A program made the translations under genes and the position numbers. This document shows positions 28,081-41,450 of a DNA stretch of 64,000 nt, piece after piece; the first letter of the stretch is position 1, and each line of letters begins with the position of its first letter. Origin of the DNA: Octopus vulgaris (lineage: Eukaryota); NCBI GenBank assembly GCA_951406725.2, contig OX597821.1, positions 55,242,001 to 55,306,000 of the forward strand, written 5' to 3'. Under the pieces are notes generated by a model. It did not search any database, was not told the DNA's origin, and worked only from the letters and a program-made list of their open reading frames with translations.

Positions 28081-29502
28081 TCTCAAAAGAAGAAAATAAA
28101 GAAAACTAAATAACAACTGCACTACAGAAACCGTCAAAAGAAGCCAGAAAATTTCTGCGACACTTTGATAGACATGATTGTTATTATAATTTTTCCTTTT
28201 GTTGTTGCACTATTTTATAATGTCGGCATTTTTGCAATTCACCATAGCAATCGTTTTTTTCGATTTGTTGTGTTTTTATAAATATGTTGATCTCTTTCAA
28301 TCATTTGAAATAAATCAATGAAATGGTTAAATATCGATCTGCATATACTTATTGTGAATATTTTGTAAAGTAAATATAAGGATCAATGACATGTTAGTGT
28401 AAACATATTTCCATTGAGTTGATCACAACAATTTACGGTCGATAAATTGAAATAAATACGAACATTTAAAACTATCTGAAGAAATTTAAATTTGTTTTGT
28501 GCACTCTTTTCAATATGGTATTGTGTTTCAGAAAATATTGATTTTTTTAATAGGTTCGAAGTTAAATATTTATGGCTAGATCCTAGATTCTAAAGTATAA
28601 CACAATATCTCATTTTCTTAGCAAGATGTTATGTTAATTAATTTACAAGCCATAGTTGAGATTTCAAACGAGAAGCGAAGCCAAATGACTTGCTTTATTA
28701 CACTTTTACTGATGCTGTACACTGACTACCAATCTCAAATAAATTAGGAAAAATTATATGCCGGCATTTGTGCAACAATATCATGCATTATGTAAGAAAT
28801 TCGATGATGATGATTATTATATAGCAATACCCCTTGGTAGATATTTCTATTGTAGTTATATAATTACAAATATCAAAAGCTGCGAGCATTTGGTTTGGTG
28901 GTCCAATAGATTGAATTATTTTCCTTTCGCCTCTCAGATGCTGCCATAATTCCGTTTCCAATTTGTTTTGAATAAAGGCAAATGAGACACATATGGCGTG
29001 TAATTGTAGTACAAATAAAAATGGTTTCATATAATCAGAAGGAGATTAAATAAAAGAACATTTCCGAAAGACAAATATTAAAGTATGAAAATGAGTAACA
29101 TATTAGAAATTGTCTGATCTGGTTTTGATGTTATCGTTTGGTAGCAGGTCAACCATGACATCACAAACTATTCCAATGTGTATTTACTTTGCTATGACCT
29201 TAGGTGATCTCAGACAGATTTGGCTACTATTTTTTAATATAGTGTACTATTACCAGAGATTGTTCAGTTGAAGACCTTCTCACATAGAGAATTGCTTAAT
29301 CCACACCACATTTTTCACATATTCTTACAAAATCTGTCATTGCACCGTTCAGATGTGATAAAAACTCTTTAGATAATGTTCGGTTACGAAGGAGGCGGTC
29401 AAAGTCATATCTAACTTCATTAGGGGATGTAATTTTTCCACATAAACTACATCATCTAATATTGTAGTTTTGTGTTCCGTAGCTCTGTGTTTTGTGAATA
29501 TT

Positions 29503-29720
29503 CTTTTATTCTTTTACGTGTTTCATTCATTTGACTGCTGACATGCCGGAACACATCCTTGAATTTTAGTCGAAGAAATCCAGGACTAATTTTTAAGGCC
29601 CAGTACTATCGGCAGCTTTTCCCGAACCACTAAGTTACAGGGGACGTAAACACACCAACAGCGGTTGTCAAATGGTGATGGAAGAACAAACATAGATATA
29701 ATAGAAATAAAGACACACAC
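29503..29720 (-). mobile_element. SINE 3' part
   Basis: Homologous to 19066-19350 and 60548-60745. Confidence 0.7.
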
Positions 29721-29889
29721 ACATAAATATATACATACATACACATGTATATATGTGTCTGTGTCTATATATATATACATGTATATATGTGTGTGTATGT
29801 ATACATATATACATATAAATATATATACATATACATATATATATATGTGTGTGTGTGCATATATATATGTGTGTGTGTGCATATATGTA

Positions 29890-29972
<83 letters not shown>

Positions 29973-29979
29973 ATATGTG

Positions 29980-30283
29980 GGGGCGCAATGGCCTAGTGGT
30001 AGGGCAGCGGACTCGCGGCCGCAGGATCGCGGTTTCGATTCCCAGACCGGGCGTTGTGAGTGTTTATTGAGCGAAAACACCTAAAAGCTCCACGAGGCTC
30101 CGGTAAGGGGTGGTGATCCCTGCTGTACTCTTTCACCACTCTTTCTCCCACTCTTTCTTCTGTTGTTCTGTTGGCCTGCTTGCTTAGCCAGCGGCATCAT
30201 TCGAAGGCTAAAACAATGCGAACGCATTGTGACTAGCGATGTGTAGCAACATCTGATGGTCTGGTCGGTCACGTGATCACGTG
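29980..30283 (+). mobile_element. tRNA-derived SINE, apparently full length and CpG-rich, in (TA)n
   Basis: A box tggcctagtgg, B box gtttcgattccc, followed by a non-tRNA body. Confidence 0.85.
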
Positions 30284-30318
30284 TTATGTATATATGTATA
30301 TATATGTGTATATATATA

Positions 30319-30371
<53 letters not shown>

Positions 30372-30379
<8 letters not shown>

Positions 30380-30704
30380 GGCAGTTTGTCTGTGTGTCTG
30401 TGTGTCTGTCAGGTTGTACCCTCACCCTGACCACGGCTTTCAACCGATTCTGATGAAACTTGACACACACATAGCCCAATGTCATAATTCAAAACTAACG
30501 CAGCGAAAAGTTTGAAAATTCCCCCAGTTCTGAAAAAAGTCGATAAAATCATGCCATTTTGGGAAATCGCGTTCAAATTCAAAATAACATATTTTCGACA
30601 ATATCTTTCACAAATTGGCAGGAATTGTTTTTAAATTCACAGCGAGCATCATGTCTACTCCAGGGGCTCTTACATACCCGGGCAATGCCGGGCTATGCTG
30701 CTAG
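30372..30704 (+). mobile_element. Non-autonomous Helitron
   Basis: 3' hairpin cccgg-gcaatg-ccggg then CTAG followed by T. The 5' ~170 bp is nearly identical to the 42880 copy. Confidence 0.85.
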
Positions 30705-30718
30705 TATATATATATATA

Positions 30719-31629
30719 CTAGCATTAAAGACCCGTCGTTGCCGGGTCATAGTGCTAGTGCATGTATATATGTGTATATATATGTGTACATATTACATGT
30801 ACATCTATATATATACATCTACACATAAAATATCTTGATATCGCTAGTGATAACAATACTCAAAATATATAACAGACTGGAATTGTTAGCCCGTCTCTTC
30901 TAATTTCGATCAATTGTATCTTGTCCTCCCTTTTGTATAGAAGTGTGGCTACAATCCAGCCTACCTCTACTCCTGGGGTGGGGTGGGGGGCATTTAAAAT
31001 TTGACTCATACCTTGCTTATATTGTGGCGAATTTACCGCCTCTGATTAGATACCTTTCATAGTCGCACCAAGACACTTTTCGAAGGTGCTTTCCTCCATG
31101 AGTTCCAATCTTCTTTTTTTCTACATTGTATACTTTATAGACAATAGTATTTTCTTTAATTTAATTTTCTATTATCCATCTGGACTATTCCATTTCTGCA
31201 GGCTAATTTTGTTTTTAATGTATTCCCATTCATGTGAAACCACTTATTTAAGTTCAAATCATTGATGCAATTTTATACCAATTGCTATTTTTACTTTTGT
31301 CATGTTACTTTAGTTTGTATTTTAATTATAACTTGCTACATATAATTCAATTGTTATTATTTTTATTTGTTAAAGTGAAAGTATCTGACATAAAATGGAG
31401 AAACGTTTTTGTTTCACTTTTAATACATAATACTGAAATAGTGGAGAAGATATGATTTTGCTATGGGCTCGCTCTAGGCAAGAAGTTGAACTTTTTTTGC
31501 CCATGAAACTACATGGACCCTAAGTAAGGTATGTGTAAAATTTGAATGAAATTGGTTTTGCAGTTCTCAAGTTTTAGGGAAAACACACAGACAGACAGAC
31601 ACACATCCTCAGTTTTATATATATAAAGA
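30719..31629 (-). mobile_element. Non-autonomous Helitron, second family
   Basis: Minus starts TC-tttatatatataaaa with (GTCT)n and ends gacccg-gcaacga-cgggtc...CTAG. Confidence 0.8.
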
Positions 31630-31694
31630 TATGTATATATATATATATATGTATATATATTTGTATATATATATATTTGTATATATATATATTT

Positions 31695-31778
<84 letters not shown>

Positions 31779-31780
<2 letters not shown>

Positions 31781-31985
31781 CCTCCCCCCGCAAAAAAAAA
31801 CAAGAACAAACACACACAAAAAACTACAACGTGAGAACGTGGTAAAGTATTAGCAGACGCTCAGAGAGTGAAAGAAAGATGGTTTAACGTTTCGAGCAGA
31901 GCTCTTCTTCAGAAACAGAGGAAAGTCTAATAGAAAAGTAAGACGGAAGAAGAAAATCGCCAACGATTCACATGTGGTTACTTAT
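31779..31985 (-). mobile_element. Short HHR-bearing unit, family B, copy 1, between (TA)n tracts
   Basis: Homologous to 49484-49667 and 53221-53383. Confidence 0.85.
31882..31916 (-). ncRNA. Minimal type I hammerhead ribozyme, intact core
   Basis: gttt-CTGAAGA-A-GAGC-tct-GCTC-GAAA-CG-TT-aaac. The AACGTT palindrome could form stem III only in a dimer. Confidence 0.85.
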
Positions 31986-32009
31986 ATTTATATATATATA
32001 TATATATAA

Positions 32010-32170
32010 GTCCCCGTTACCTAGCGGTTCGGCAAAAGAGACCGATAGGATAAGTACTAGGCTTACAAAAGAATAAGTCCCGGGGTCGAGTTGCTCGATT
32101 AAAGGCGGTGCTCCAGCATGGCCGCAGTCAAATGACTGAAACAGGTAAAAGAGTAAAGAGTAAAAGAGTA
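32010..32170 (+). mobile_element. SINE 3' part with (AAAGAGT)n tail
   Basis: ggcggtgctccagcatggccgcagtcaaatgactgaaac followed by a short tandem tail. Confidence 0.75.
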
Positions 32171-32192
32171 TATATATATATATATATATTTA

Positions 32193-32352
32193 TGACAGCC
32201 TTCTTTATGTTTCCATCTATTAAATCCACTCACAAGGCCTTGGTCGGCCCGAGGCTATGCTGAAAGAGATTTGTGAAAGTGCCACGTAGTGTGACCAAAT
32301 TCGGAACCATGTGGTTAGGAGACAAGCTTTTTACCACACAATTATGCTTGCC
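32193..32352 (-). mobile_element. tRNA-derived SINE 5' part
   Basis: Minus: tgtgtggtaaaaagctt...ggttccgaatt (A/B-box-like). A related fragment lies near 10880-11050. Confidence 0.55.
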
Positions 32353-32479
32353 CCCTTATAAAGAAAATGATAAGCTTCATGTTATATTTTGTTTTTATGG
32401 AACGAACGACTATATTTTGTTTGATGCGGGAAGCACACAGTGGAATGTACAGTTCTGTACAGAAATACGTAGTTAGCTT

Positions 32480-32970
32480 GTGGAAAGTACCATTATAGCA
32501 GTGACATATGAGCCAAATACCACTGAAGTTGAAACAACATCATTCTGGAATCATTTTTTGTCAACGATGTTCAAAAGACATATGATTAGAAATAAGCGAT
32601 GATATTTTATACACAAAGAAACGTCAGAATATGCAATAGATAATCCTGCTAAAATGAACCAGCCGGTTGCTTGGCCAGCTTTTTCAACACGACAACGCTT
32701 GCCACCATGTCGCAAATTTGGACAAAAGTGCTTCAGACGAGTTCTATTGGAAAGTTCAACAGTACTCAGCGTATTTTTCTCACACATCACCTTCTTCTGT
32801 CGATCATCAACAATCTCCGAGGTCGTTCGTTCTAAAGCGAAGTAGTGCTCAAAAAGTAGCATGATAAATTCCTCTACTAAATACCCAGTGATTTCTGCCG
32901 TCAAAGCATTGATAATCTAATGGAACGTTGGCAAGAATTCGTGAACAATGAAGGTGGATATCTAATTGAC
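32480..32970 (+). mobile_element. Mariner transposase remnant
   Basis: LFQHDNACHHVA (HDNARPH motif), followed by degenerate PYSPD and NNLRGRSF segments. Confidence 0.6.
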
Positions 32971-33144
32971 TGACTTGTGTAAATTGTTGGTAAAAAAAAA
33001 AAGAAGTATACTGAATGAAAAAAAGTATCGAACGATATGATCTGATAATCAAATGTGTGTGTGTGTGTGGGTGTGTGTGTGGGTGGGTGTACATATGTGC
33101 GCGTATGTGTGCGTGCGTGCGTGCACGTGTTTATATTCAGACAT

Positions 33145-33540
33145 ATGCTTAGTGGTATTTCGTCTGTCTTTACGTTCTGAGTTCAATTTCCGCCGAGGTC
33201 GACTTTGCCTTTCATCCTTCCGGAGTCAATAAATTAAGTACCAGTTGTGTAATGGGGTCGATCTAATCACCTGACCCCTCCCACCAAATTTCCAGCCTTG
33301 TGGCTAGAGTAGAAAAGAATATTTAAAGTGGCGAGCTAGCAGAAACGTTAGCACGCCGGGCAAAATGCTTAGCGGTATTTCGTCTGTCGTTACGTTCTGA
33401 TTTCAAATTTCGCTAAGGTCGACATTGCCTTTCATCCTTACGGGGTCGATAAATTAAGTACGAACTGCGTACTGGGGTCTATCTAATCGACTGCCCCCTT
33501 GCCCCAAAATTTCGGCCTTGTGCCTAAAGAAGAAAAGACT
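33145..33540 (+). mobile_element. Tandem pair of Deu/Nin-like SINEs
   Basis: Two consecutive copies of the 7775 family. Confidence 0.85.
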
Positions 33541-36438
33541 ATTTTTTCCTATGTATATGTGGAGAGGATTTTTCCAAATGCTGCATGATGAACTTTTCCC
33601 TTTGAAAGTTAAATATCAAATTCCTCTTCATCTCGGACCGTCAGTATTCAAATTCGATTCTCTCATGTCAACGTATGTACATTCTCAAAAATATATAATA
33701 TCGATGAATGTCATAAAGTGTTACCTCCGAATAATCTATTTAACTAGTAAACCTTCTCAATCTATCAGCTTCAAACCAGCATGGAAAAACAAACGAAAAC
33801 AACTCTCTCTCTCTCTCGTTACTTATGCATCACATTGAAACTTCCTTCGAACAGCATTTAAGTATTTAAAAAAAATTGTTTCGTTTTGTGTTTGTTGTGT
33901 GTGTGTGTGTGTGTGTGTATGTGTGCGTGTGCGTGTGTGCATGTGTGTGTGTGTGTGTGTGTGCGTTATCTATGAAAAACTTTTTTACATGTTTCTATGA
34001 AATGATGGAGTGTTATAAATTTTGGATAATATTGTTCCAAACATTTATTCCATTTAAAGATTTAATGAAGAGACTGTTTAAAGTTCAGCAAAGCTTTCGA
34101 ATTTCAAAAAATGGGTGGATCGGGTATTTGGGAACAAAATTCAGTGGGCCACATATGGAAGGCAACCTAAAAGAAAGCCTGATGCATGTCCCAAATTTTA
34201 ATCGTTTCGCTTCTCTTCCAGCCGTATGGCCAGCATCAACATAACAGATTCCATTCTGAAACTGGAAATGAAAATCCGCGCCTTGCTCGTGGCTTTTATC
34301 GCCAAACCCACCGACTCATATATTACCAGATTCTTAAATGTGACAAGGTACTTCGTGTTCAGCATCAAGAATGTACTGGAAACATCTGGTCATTAGAACG
34401 GATGAGTTTGACTTCCTCGCATGTCCTGGACAATATCAATGTAAGCCCCAGTGAGTCCATGAGGGTCATCATGAGCTGGATCCTATCGAACCATGTTTTA
34501 TCGTAGCGGAAACCACTATCCATTAAGTGGTGCACGCGTACATCTGTTACAGGCCCCAGATAATAAGGGGATAGCAGTTAGCAGTTCACATCCAGCTAAA
34601 CACTGGTAAACTGTGTGACTTGATTTCTTCTTAAATTCATGTGCCACCTCTCCTAATTGCATCCCCTTGGCATACTGCATCAGGAGTGGGGTCCGGCAGT
34701 CCATGGTGCCAATGATTCATTGTGGGCTGTTGTTAAGGCATGGTGGGTGACATAGGCAAGGGCATCTGATCTTGTAGAGGCCTTTAGCATTTTCTCGGTT
34801 GTCTAGCACATATCGCACACACAATACACCCCGTCACACATATGCAAACACATTCACACAAGTGTGTATGTGCTTGCTCTGCTAGCATGTAGTGTCTGTT
34901 TCTGGGTTATGAAATATTTATTCATCACATGAGTCATAGTTCTATGTATGTTGTTATTGTATTACTTTCTGATGGAAAAGCAGACAATATAAGACTATGG
35001 TTACATTTTGAGAAATTATAAACGTATAACACTGTTTTATATATGGAACAAATCAAGCCCTGGCGGTAAAATGTGTAATTGCTAATATCTAGATGAGCCG
35101 ATTGTGTAAATTTTGATATTACAATGCCAAACAATTCCAGAAAGAGTGGAGAAAGTGTACCACCGACTTAGAAATCGACAGTACTCATAATAACAAGGTG
35201 TTTTGAGAAAAGTAATTTCTTAGTTAAGAGTGTGTCATAACGTCACCGATACACAGCCAAAACACATTAGCCTTTGAAGATTCTCGCTTAGACGTATACC
35301 AGTCTAATCCATTAAGACATAGCATGAATTAACTAATGTTCCTTTTTTAAGAAAAATCGATACAAAACTAACGAACTACAAATGAATAGCAAAAGGGTTT
35401 TAAAGATAAGGATAAGAAAATGGATATGATGCGTAATGAAGAAAATTACAGTTCTTGATTGAATAAGTGAATTAATAGGTAAATTTGTTGAATTAGCAGA
35501 GCTAAGATTAAAAGCTAAGGAGATATGATAAAGAGAAATCAATTTATTAGTTTTCTATGCCACAAAATTCTCTCAGATGTAGTGTCACATGGACGCGTTG
35601 ATACGGTGACGGAAGATACACGCTCGGTTTTAATTTTCCTCTTTTTCTTTTCATAAGGTTAGTCAATAGAAAAAAAACGGAGACCCAGGACCACCTTCCA
35701 GGACCCCAGTGGCTCATGCGAGGAAGGAAGAAAGCTACCCTCATATCAGAGAGCTGGTCTAAATCATTGCAACAGTGTAAACTCTTGTAAAGAGATGCAA
35801 ATGTTGAGTATTAAACCGGGTGATGGATTAAGTCTAGCACCTCAAAAGAACGGCGAGTTTCTATACAAACCTCCCCGTGTAACGTAATATAAATGTTTTC
35901 ATGAGGCCAAGATTATAACAGACACAATTTATCCAAAGCAGTAGAATCGAACCCAAAATGATTTATAGTTATGAAGTGAAATTCTTCACCTATATGAATT
36001 CATTTAACCACTGAAAAGTGTAACCTATTTCGAGTGTCTTCGTGGCTTGCAGTGCTGGGTCATGATAAGAGCTCTAATTTAAATCATATTTAAACAATTT
36101 GATTATTATCACCACCACAACTATTAACTAACTATAACTTACTTACAATATCTTTATTAAAGTTTCTATAGTTGCTAATGGGATGTGTAATGGTTGTCTA
36201 TTTGATACATGGTCAACTGTGACGATTGTAAAATTGGTTCCTATATAAAATCGATGTTACACAGACTTCTGCAGTAAATACGAATTATATATGCATATTT
36301 GATGGGGAGAAAACGGAGGAAGGAAAATATTCTTAGTGCAGATAAATCTACTCTCCACAAAATCTGCTTTTAGAGGTCAGATATAAAAAGATGGATGTAA
36401 AATATCGGACAAACTAATACGCATATGTGTGTGTGTAA

Positions 36439-36514
<76 letters not shown>

Positions 36515-37039
36515 GAAAGCGAGGGACATAACAATACATATACAAATATTTATATATAGATTAGTATACAAACTCATATATATGTGTGTGCGTGTGTGTG
36601 TGTGTGTGTGTGCATGCGTGTGTGTGTGCGTGCGCGCACGTGCGTTTGTGTTTGAAATGTTTATATAATCTGTCATGCATTGATGATTATTTTTGAATGG
36701 TAGAAAGGGAAGTGCTTTATTATATTTGCCAAATGTGCATAAAATAAGACAAAGTTCGTATCAATGTGGGTAACGAGATCTTAGAATGAACGAAACGTCA
36801 TTGAATCGCTTGCACAAAGCACTTACACACAAAAAAACTCGCACGCACACACACACACACACACACACATACTCTCTCTTTCATACACACATAAATATGT
36901 TCGTTTATATGTACATATAAAAAAAAAGGTATAACTACAAACATACACAAAAATATGTCTATGAAAATATAACAAACTTCAAAAGTGCAAAATCTAATCA
37001 GAGTAGACTCGATTAAATTTCAAATCGCGGTTAATGCAC

Positions 37040-37420
37040 TGATTAATCACCACTGGAACTCGCCCTGTTGTGCATTTTACAAAGCCGAGTGCAGTTCTCA
37101 TTCTCATTTTTTTTTTCTTTTCCATAGCCTGAAGTCGGCAGAATTTCAAATTCCGCAACACAAAGTGTCTACGGGTCTACATCCAGAGAGTAAGGGTACC
37201 AGGGAGGTAAACTCAGTCAATTTGCCAAAAATTGACGAGTGAGCAGGAGCGTTATCAAGCAGCATTTAGGTTTTCTTTTCACCTCAAACTTCTTTCTTCT
37301 CACTGCTTCTCTCAAATGTCCCAAGACGTCCAAGAAATCATAATCATCTGACCAGTAGACACCAAGTAGAACAAGCACATGCTGCACGAGGCTGTTCCAA
37401 TAAATAAATATATTTTGCAT
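37040..37420 (-). mobile_element. Mariner transposase remnant
   Basis: Minus: LVQH...FLDVLGHLREAVRRK, then LLDNAPAHSS and a degenerate PYS..ADF. Confidence 0.7.
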
Positions 37421-39002
37421 ATCACCGTTACAGCTCCGTGATGCTGGCGTGTAATTGTTTCAGCAGTGTCGACCAACTCACTTTGAGCACTGCAAACCTA
37501 TCTCAAAATGTAACCATGCACTCGCATTTTGTCACACCCTGTCACCCTTTTTAATGAACATTCCAACATAACTCTTTTCTTCCTCTGAACTGAAATTTGA
37601 ATGAACACCCAACCATATTCACATGAGTTTACTACACAAGGTCTCTAATGCTTCCACCTGAGTCATGGTAAACTTATAGAAGCAAGAATAGCAACAGCAG
37701 ACGGCAGTTAAATGCCAACATCTTTGACTCTTCCAAGCAGCTGGTTTTTATCAACTATCCTCAACCCTTTGTTTAGTTGGATCTTGGTGTCTTTGGCATT
37801 GTAATTTCCTTAAAAGTGCAATCTTCCATAAGTACTAAACTCCCTTTTCTTGAATTACTGGAATCTCGTCTCCTGAATGCGAAATATGTTATTTGGCAGC
37901 TTTCCTTTGAGGATGCACACACTCCGATATTTTACTGGACTTAATTTCAAACGTGACCGCATGGTCATCTTTTACATTGAGTTCAGTGTTCACCGTTTAC
38001 CTTGACTTCATTGTGTTATGGCCGTTATGTCATCTATGAAGGTTCTGCAGACGGTATAGCTTGGGCTGACATCAGCTTGAATTATTTTCGATTATATTTT
38101 CTCCCACATGCAGCAGTAGGTTCATGGTCGCTATCTATAGGACCACGGAAATGTGGTTTTTGTAAGACACTCTGCAAAGCAAAAATACAATAAAGAGCTC
38201 GTATCTTTAAACTGTGTACATCAAACGATATATATGCAGTTGGTGTTATTAAGCTACACATGACCTGGATCATCTATATATATATATACATTGAAAGACA
38301 GAAAATTATGTATCATACGCATGTATAGATTATATGAGTGCGTATGTGTATGTGAGTATCAAATGCATGTATGCATTCTATGTACACACATACATACACA
38401 ACAGTTATAATGGCTAAACTAGAACTGAGATGACAAAAGTTGATGTGAATGAGAATGGAGTAGTCTCCGTTTAGTAATCTGCTCTTTAATAACAAATTCA
38501 TTACATAGATCCCCAAGGATTTAGACCCATGATTGAGATGAATTGGGGAATGCTATGAAATCTGTGCTTTCCTCAAAATCGTCTAATCTTTGGTGAATAG
38601 GATAGTTTATAATATACGATTTAAATTATACCGCGAGCCTCAATCACTTGATATACATTAATCTTTACATGCAATTCTACCATTGACTCCATGTCAACAG
38701 TTTTTGAGGAAGGAGGATAGATAAATGAAAAACTGGTATTTGTTATTTATTTTTATCGTGATTTATTTTACAAACTCCGACAAGAAAATGTAAATTACCT
38801 TGCATTGTATTTCAAATTATCTCTATTGTATTTCAATCAGAATCTATTAACAAAAATATTCCACATTTCTTCACTACCAACTCGTTAAATTTTAAATGTA
38901 TTCAATATATATCGTATTTTAATATCCTTACATTGAATATTCAATCCGTTTGAAATAACCTTAATTTCATTGTTATTTTATATTAACATTACCGAATACA
39001 TT

Positions 39003-39188
39003 AAGGCAGCGAGTTGGTGGAATCATTATCGCGCCGAACAAAATGTTTGTCAGCATTTCTCCCGACTGTTCTGAGTATAATTGCCTCCGTATCAACTTTG
39101 CCTTTCATCCTTTCATCCTGGGGTTGATGTGAGCGATATACTCCCACCCTGAAATTGTTGGCCTGATGCCAAAATTTGAAACCAATAT
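39003..39188 (+). mobile_element. Deu/Nin-like SINE, degenerate
   Basis: aaggcagcgagttggtggaatc...caactttgcctttcatcctttc. Confidence 0.7.
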
Positions 39189-39788
39189 TATTGAACTGAT
39201 TATGCAGTTAGTACAGGCCCCAAACCGATGTACCCAGGTTCAAATATTTCACACTATAATAGTTATATATCTACATAATTACTTAATTTCACAATGAATT
39301 ATTCACATATTCGGAAGCATTGCTTAAGTATTGACTGTTCTTAGTATGCAAACTTCCATCAAATTCAATATATAAATTCAACACATCTCATATTTATATT
39401 TTATGTTGTTAGCTGTAAATATGATACATCGAGAAGTTACCAAAATTTATCCGATGTCTTTGTTTGAGACAAACACGTTCAGGACCTTACAATTATGGAT
39501 CATCATTCCTATTAAGTGCAAGAAAAGATGTTAGCATTCAACCACAAATTCATTCCTACATCGGAATATTGTTCCGTTAAGTGTACCTTTCTTTTAAAAA
39601 CACAAGCAGTCAAGACAGCATCTAAATAAGGTTCATTCAGCTAATAATCAATCATACAGCAATGCTACTTTTCCCTCTACCCGCTTCACGCCTAACATAA
39701 ATACCTCTTCTCTAAGCTAGCATATCTATCTATCTATCCATCCATCCATCCATCCATCCATCCATCCATCCATATCTATCTATCTCCA

Positions 39789-39877
<89 letters not shown>

Positions 39878-39989
39878 TTATCTATCGATATTTAAAACTA
39901 TATAAGATTCAGTTGAATTTGGTACGTAAATTGAGACACTTCGTTAGGTTGGAATACTAAACACACAGGAATAGTATGTAAATATCAAC

Positions 39990-41450
39990 AAGATTATGTA
40001 AATACCAAACTTGTGGAACGGTTTATAACACCGACATTTTAGGTCTAAATGATTGACTAAAAGATCGTCTCCCAACACATTAGTAGTAACTACGATTCTG
40101 AAGCATAATTGAATAAAGGTAGCGATGAGTTTTCTCTCAAATTTATCGGGAATGTGACCATCACACTCATCATCGCAGTGTATACCAACATCGTGGAATA
40201 GGAACTTGGATCTCAAGGTATATGTTAGTTAGTTAGTTAATTTGGCTCAAAAGCAAATAGCAAGGCCATGTAGGGGGACATGGAGTTAAGTACAGGGTGG
40301 TGTTCATGTAAAGAGTTCAGGCCACTTGAGGTCAAGGGAGACTTTGAACAAAGCGGTCGTCGGCATCTTCACCATCTCGTCTGGCAGCTTGTTCCACGGA
40401 TCCGCAACCCGGACGGAGAAAGCTCCTCTCCTTCGTTTGAGATGAAATCGTCGCAGGTAGAGCTTCTCGGAATGACCCCGCAGCCGACGCTCTGGAGCAA
40501 GAGTAAAGAACAGCTCTTTCGAGAGGTTACACTTTCCGCTTATGATGTTGTGAGCGAGAATGAGATCACCACGGCGGCGGCGTTTTTCTAGAGAATAAAG
40601 GTCGAGCGTCTTCAGTCTTTCTTCATAAGACAAATTATTGAGACCATGAACCATGCGGGTAGCCAGCTTCTGGACTCTTTGGAGATACTGTATGTCTTTG
40701 AGGAGATAAGGAGAAGAGGCTTGAATCCCGTACTCCAATATGGGTCTCACCAGCGTGACATAGAGTGGTAGGAATATGGCTGCTGTGAGCATTCCGAATG
40801 ACCGTCGAATCAAGAACAGAATTCCGCGTGCTTTGTTGGTAGCATGGACGCACTGGGCCGAAGGCGAAAAGGAGGAATCCACCAAGATACCCAGGTCCTT
40901 TACCTGATCGGTCCTCTCCAGCAGCAGACGACCCGGCTCGAAATCAAGTTGAGTTGCAGGAGGAGAGCCAACAGGCAGATGACAGCACTTTGACACGTTC
41001 ATACACAGGTCCCATTCGTTAGACCACCTCCAAATTTGGTGGAGGCATCGACGAAGATCCTCTGTATCACCGCGAGGAGCGACCAGTTTGACATCGTCGG
41101 CAAATAGAAGGGTGTGTTGCGTGAGGTCGTCGGGCAAGTCATTTATGAAGACTAAGAACAATAAGGGCCCAAGCACTGAACCTTGAGGCACGCCACTGCT
41201 GGCACTGGAGACGTCGGACCGTGAACCATTAACTTGGACATGGAAGGAGCGATCTGAGAGGAAGGCACCAACCCATCGTACAATATCCAGATGGAAACTA
41301 TATGCTTGAAGCTTGACAAGTAATAGGCGGTGGTTTACCGAGTCAAAAGCTTTGGCAAAGTCCAATAAAACGATGAGACTTACATGATCGCAGATGTCCG
41401 CACTGTCATACGATCGTATCGATACATCGAACAATTCCATGTACTCTAAA
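39990..41450 (-). pseudogene. Old Nematis-type PLE RT remnant interrupted by a CR1-like LINE
   Basis: ELFDVSIRSYDSADICDHVSLIVL (41440-41366) continues as YTLRSKF..VGIHCDD...LDLKCRCYKPFHK (40222 downward). This resembles the FDVTMGSYDGAE / GLYRDD motifs. Confidence 0.75.
40223..41365 (-). mobile_element. Young 5'-truncated CR1-group LINE with uninterrupted RT C-terminal frame and (TAAC)n tail
   Basis: LDFAKAFDSV, GVPQGSVLGPLLF, FADD, RRRGDLI, WNKLP with no stops to 40304. Tail gttagttagttagtta at 40224-40239. Confidence 0.93.

Noticed and set aside
29980-30052. tRNA gene (also 54595-54667 and 48064-48135)
   Set aside because: A/B boxes run into SINE bodies with no clean cloverleaf or terminator.
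34130-34760. GC-richer block that may be coding (also 20830-21500)
   Set aside because: All frames are interrupted and I recognise no motif. Probably an old TE fragment that I cannot classify.
37440-37950. Possible pogo/Tigger-like N-terminal remnant on the minus strand
   Set aside because: Only a short FSSEEEK-like match, too weak to call.
40304-41440. 378 aa host or intact RT gene
   Set aside because: It is a chance fusion of a Nematis remnant and a 5'-truncated CR1 lacking the endonuclease and RT N-terminus.
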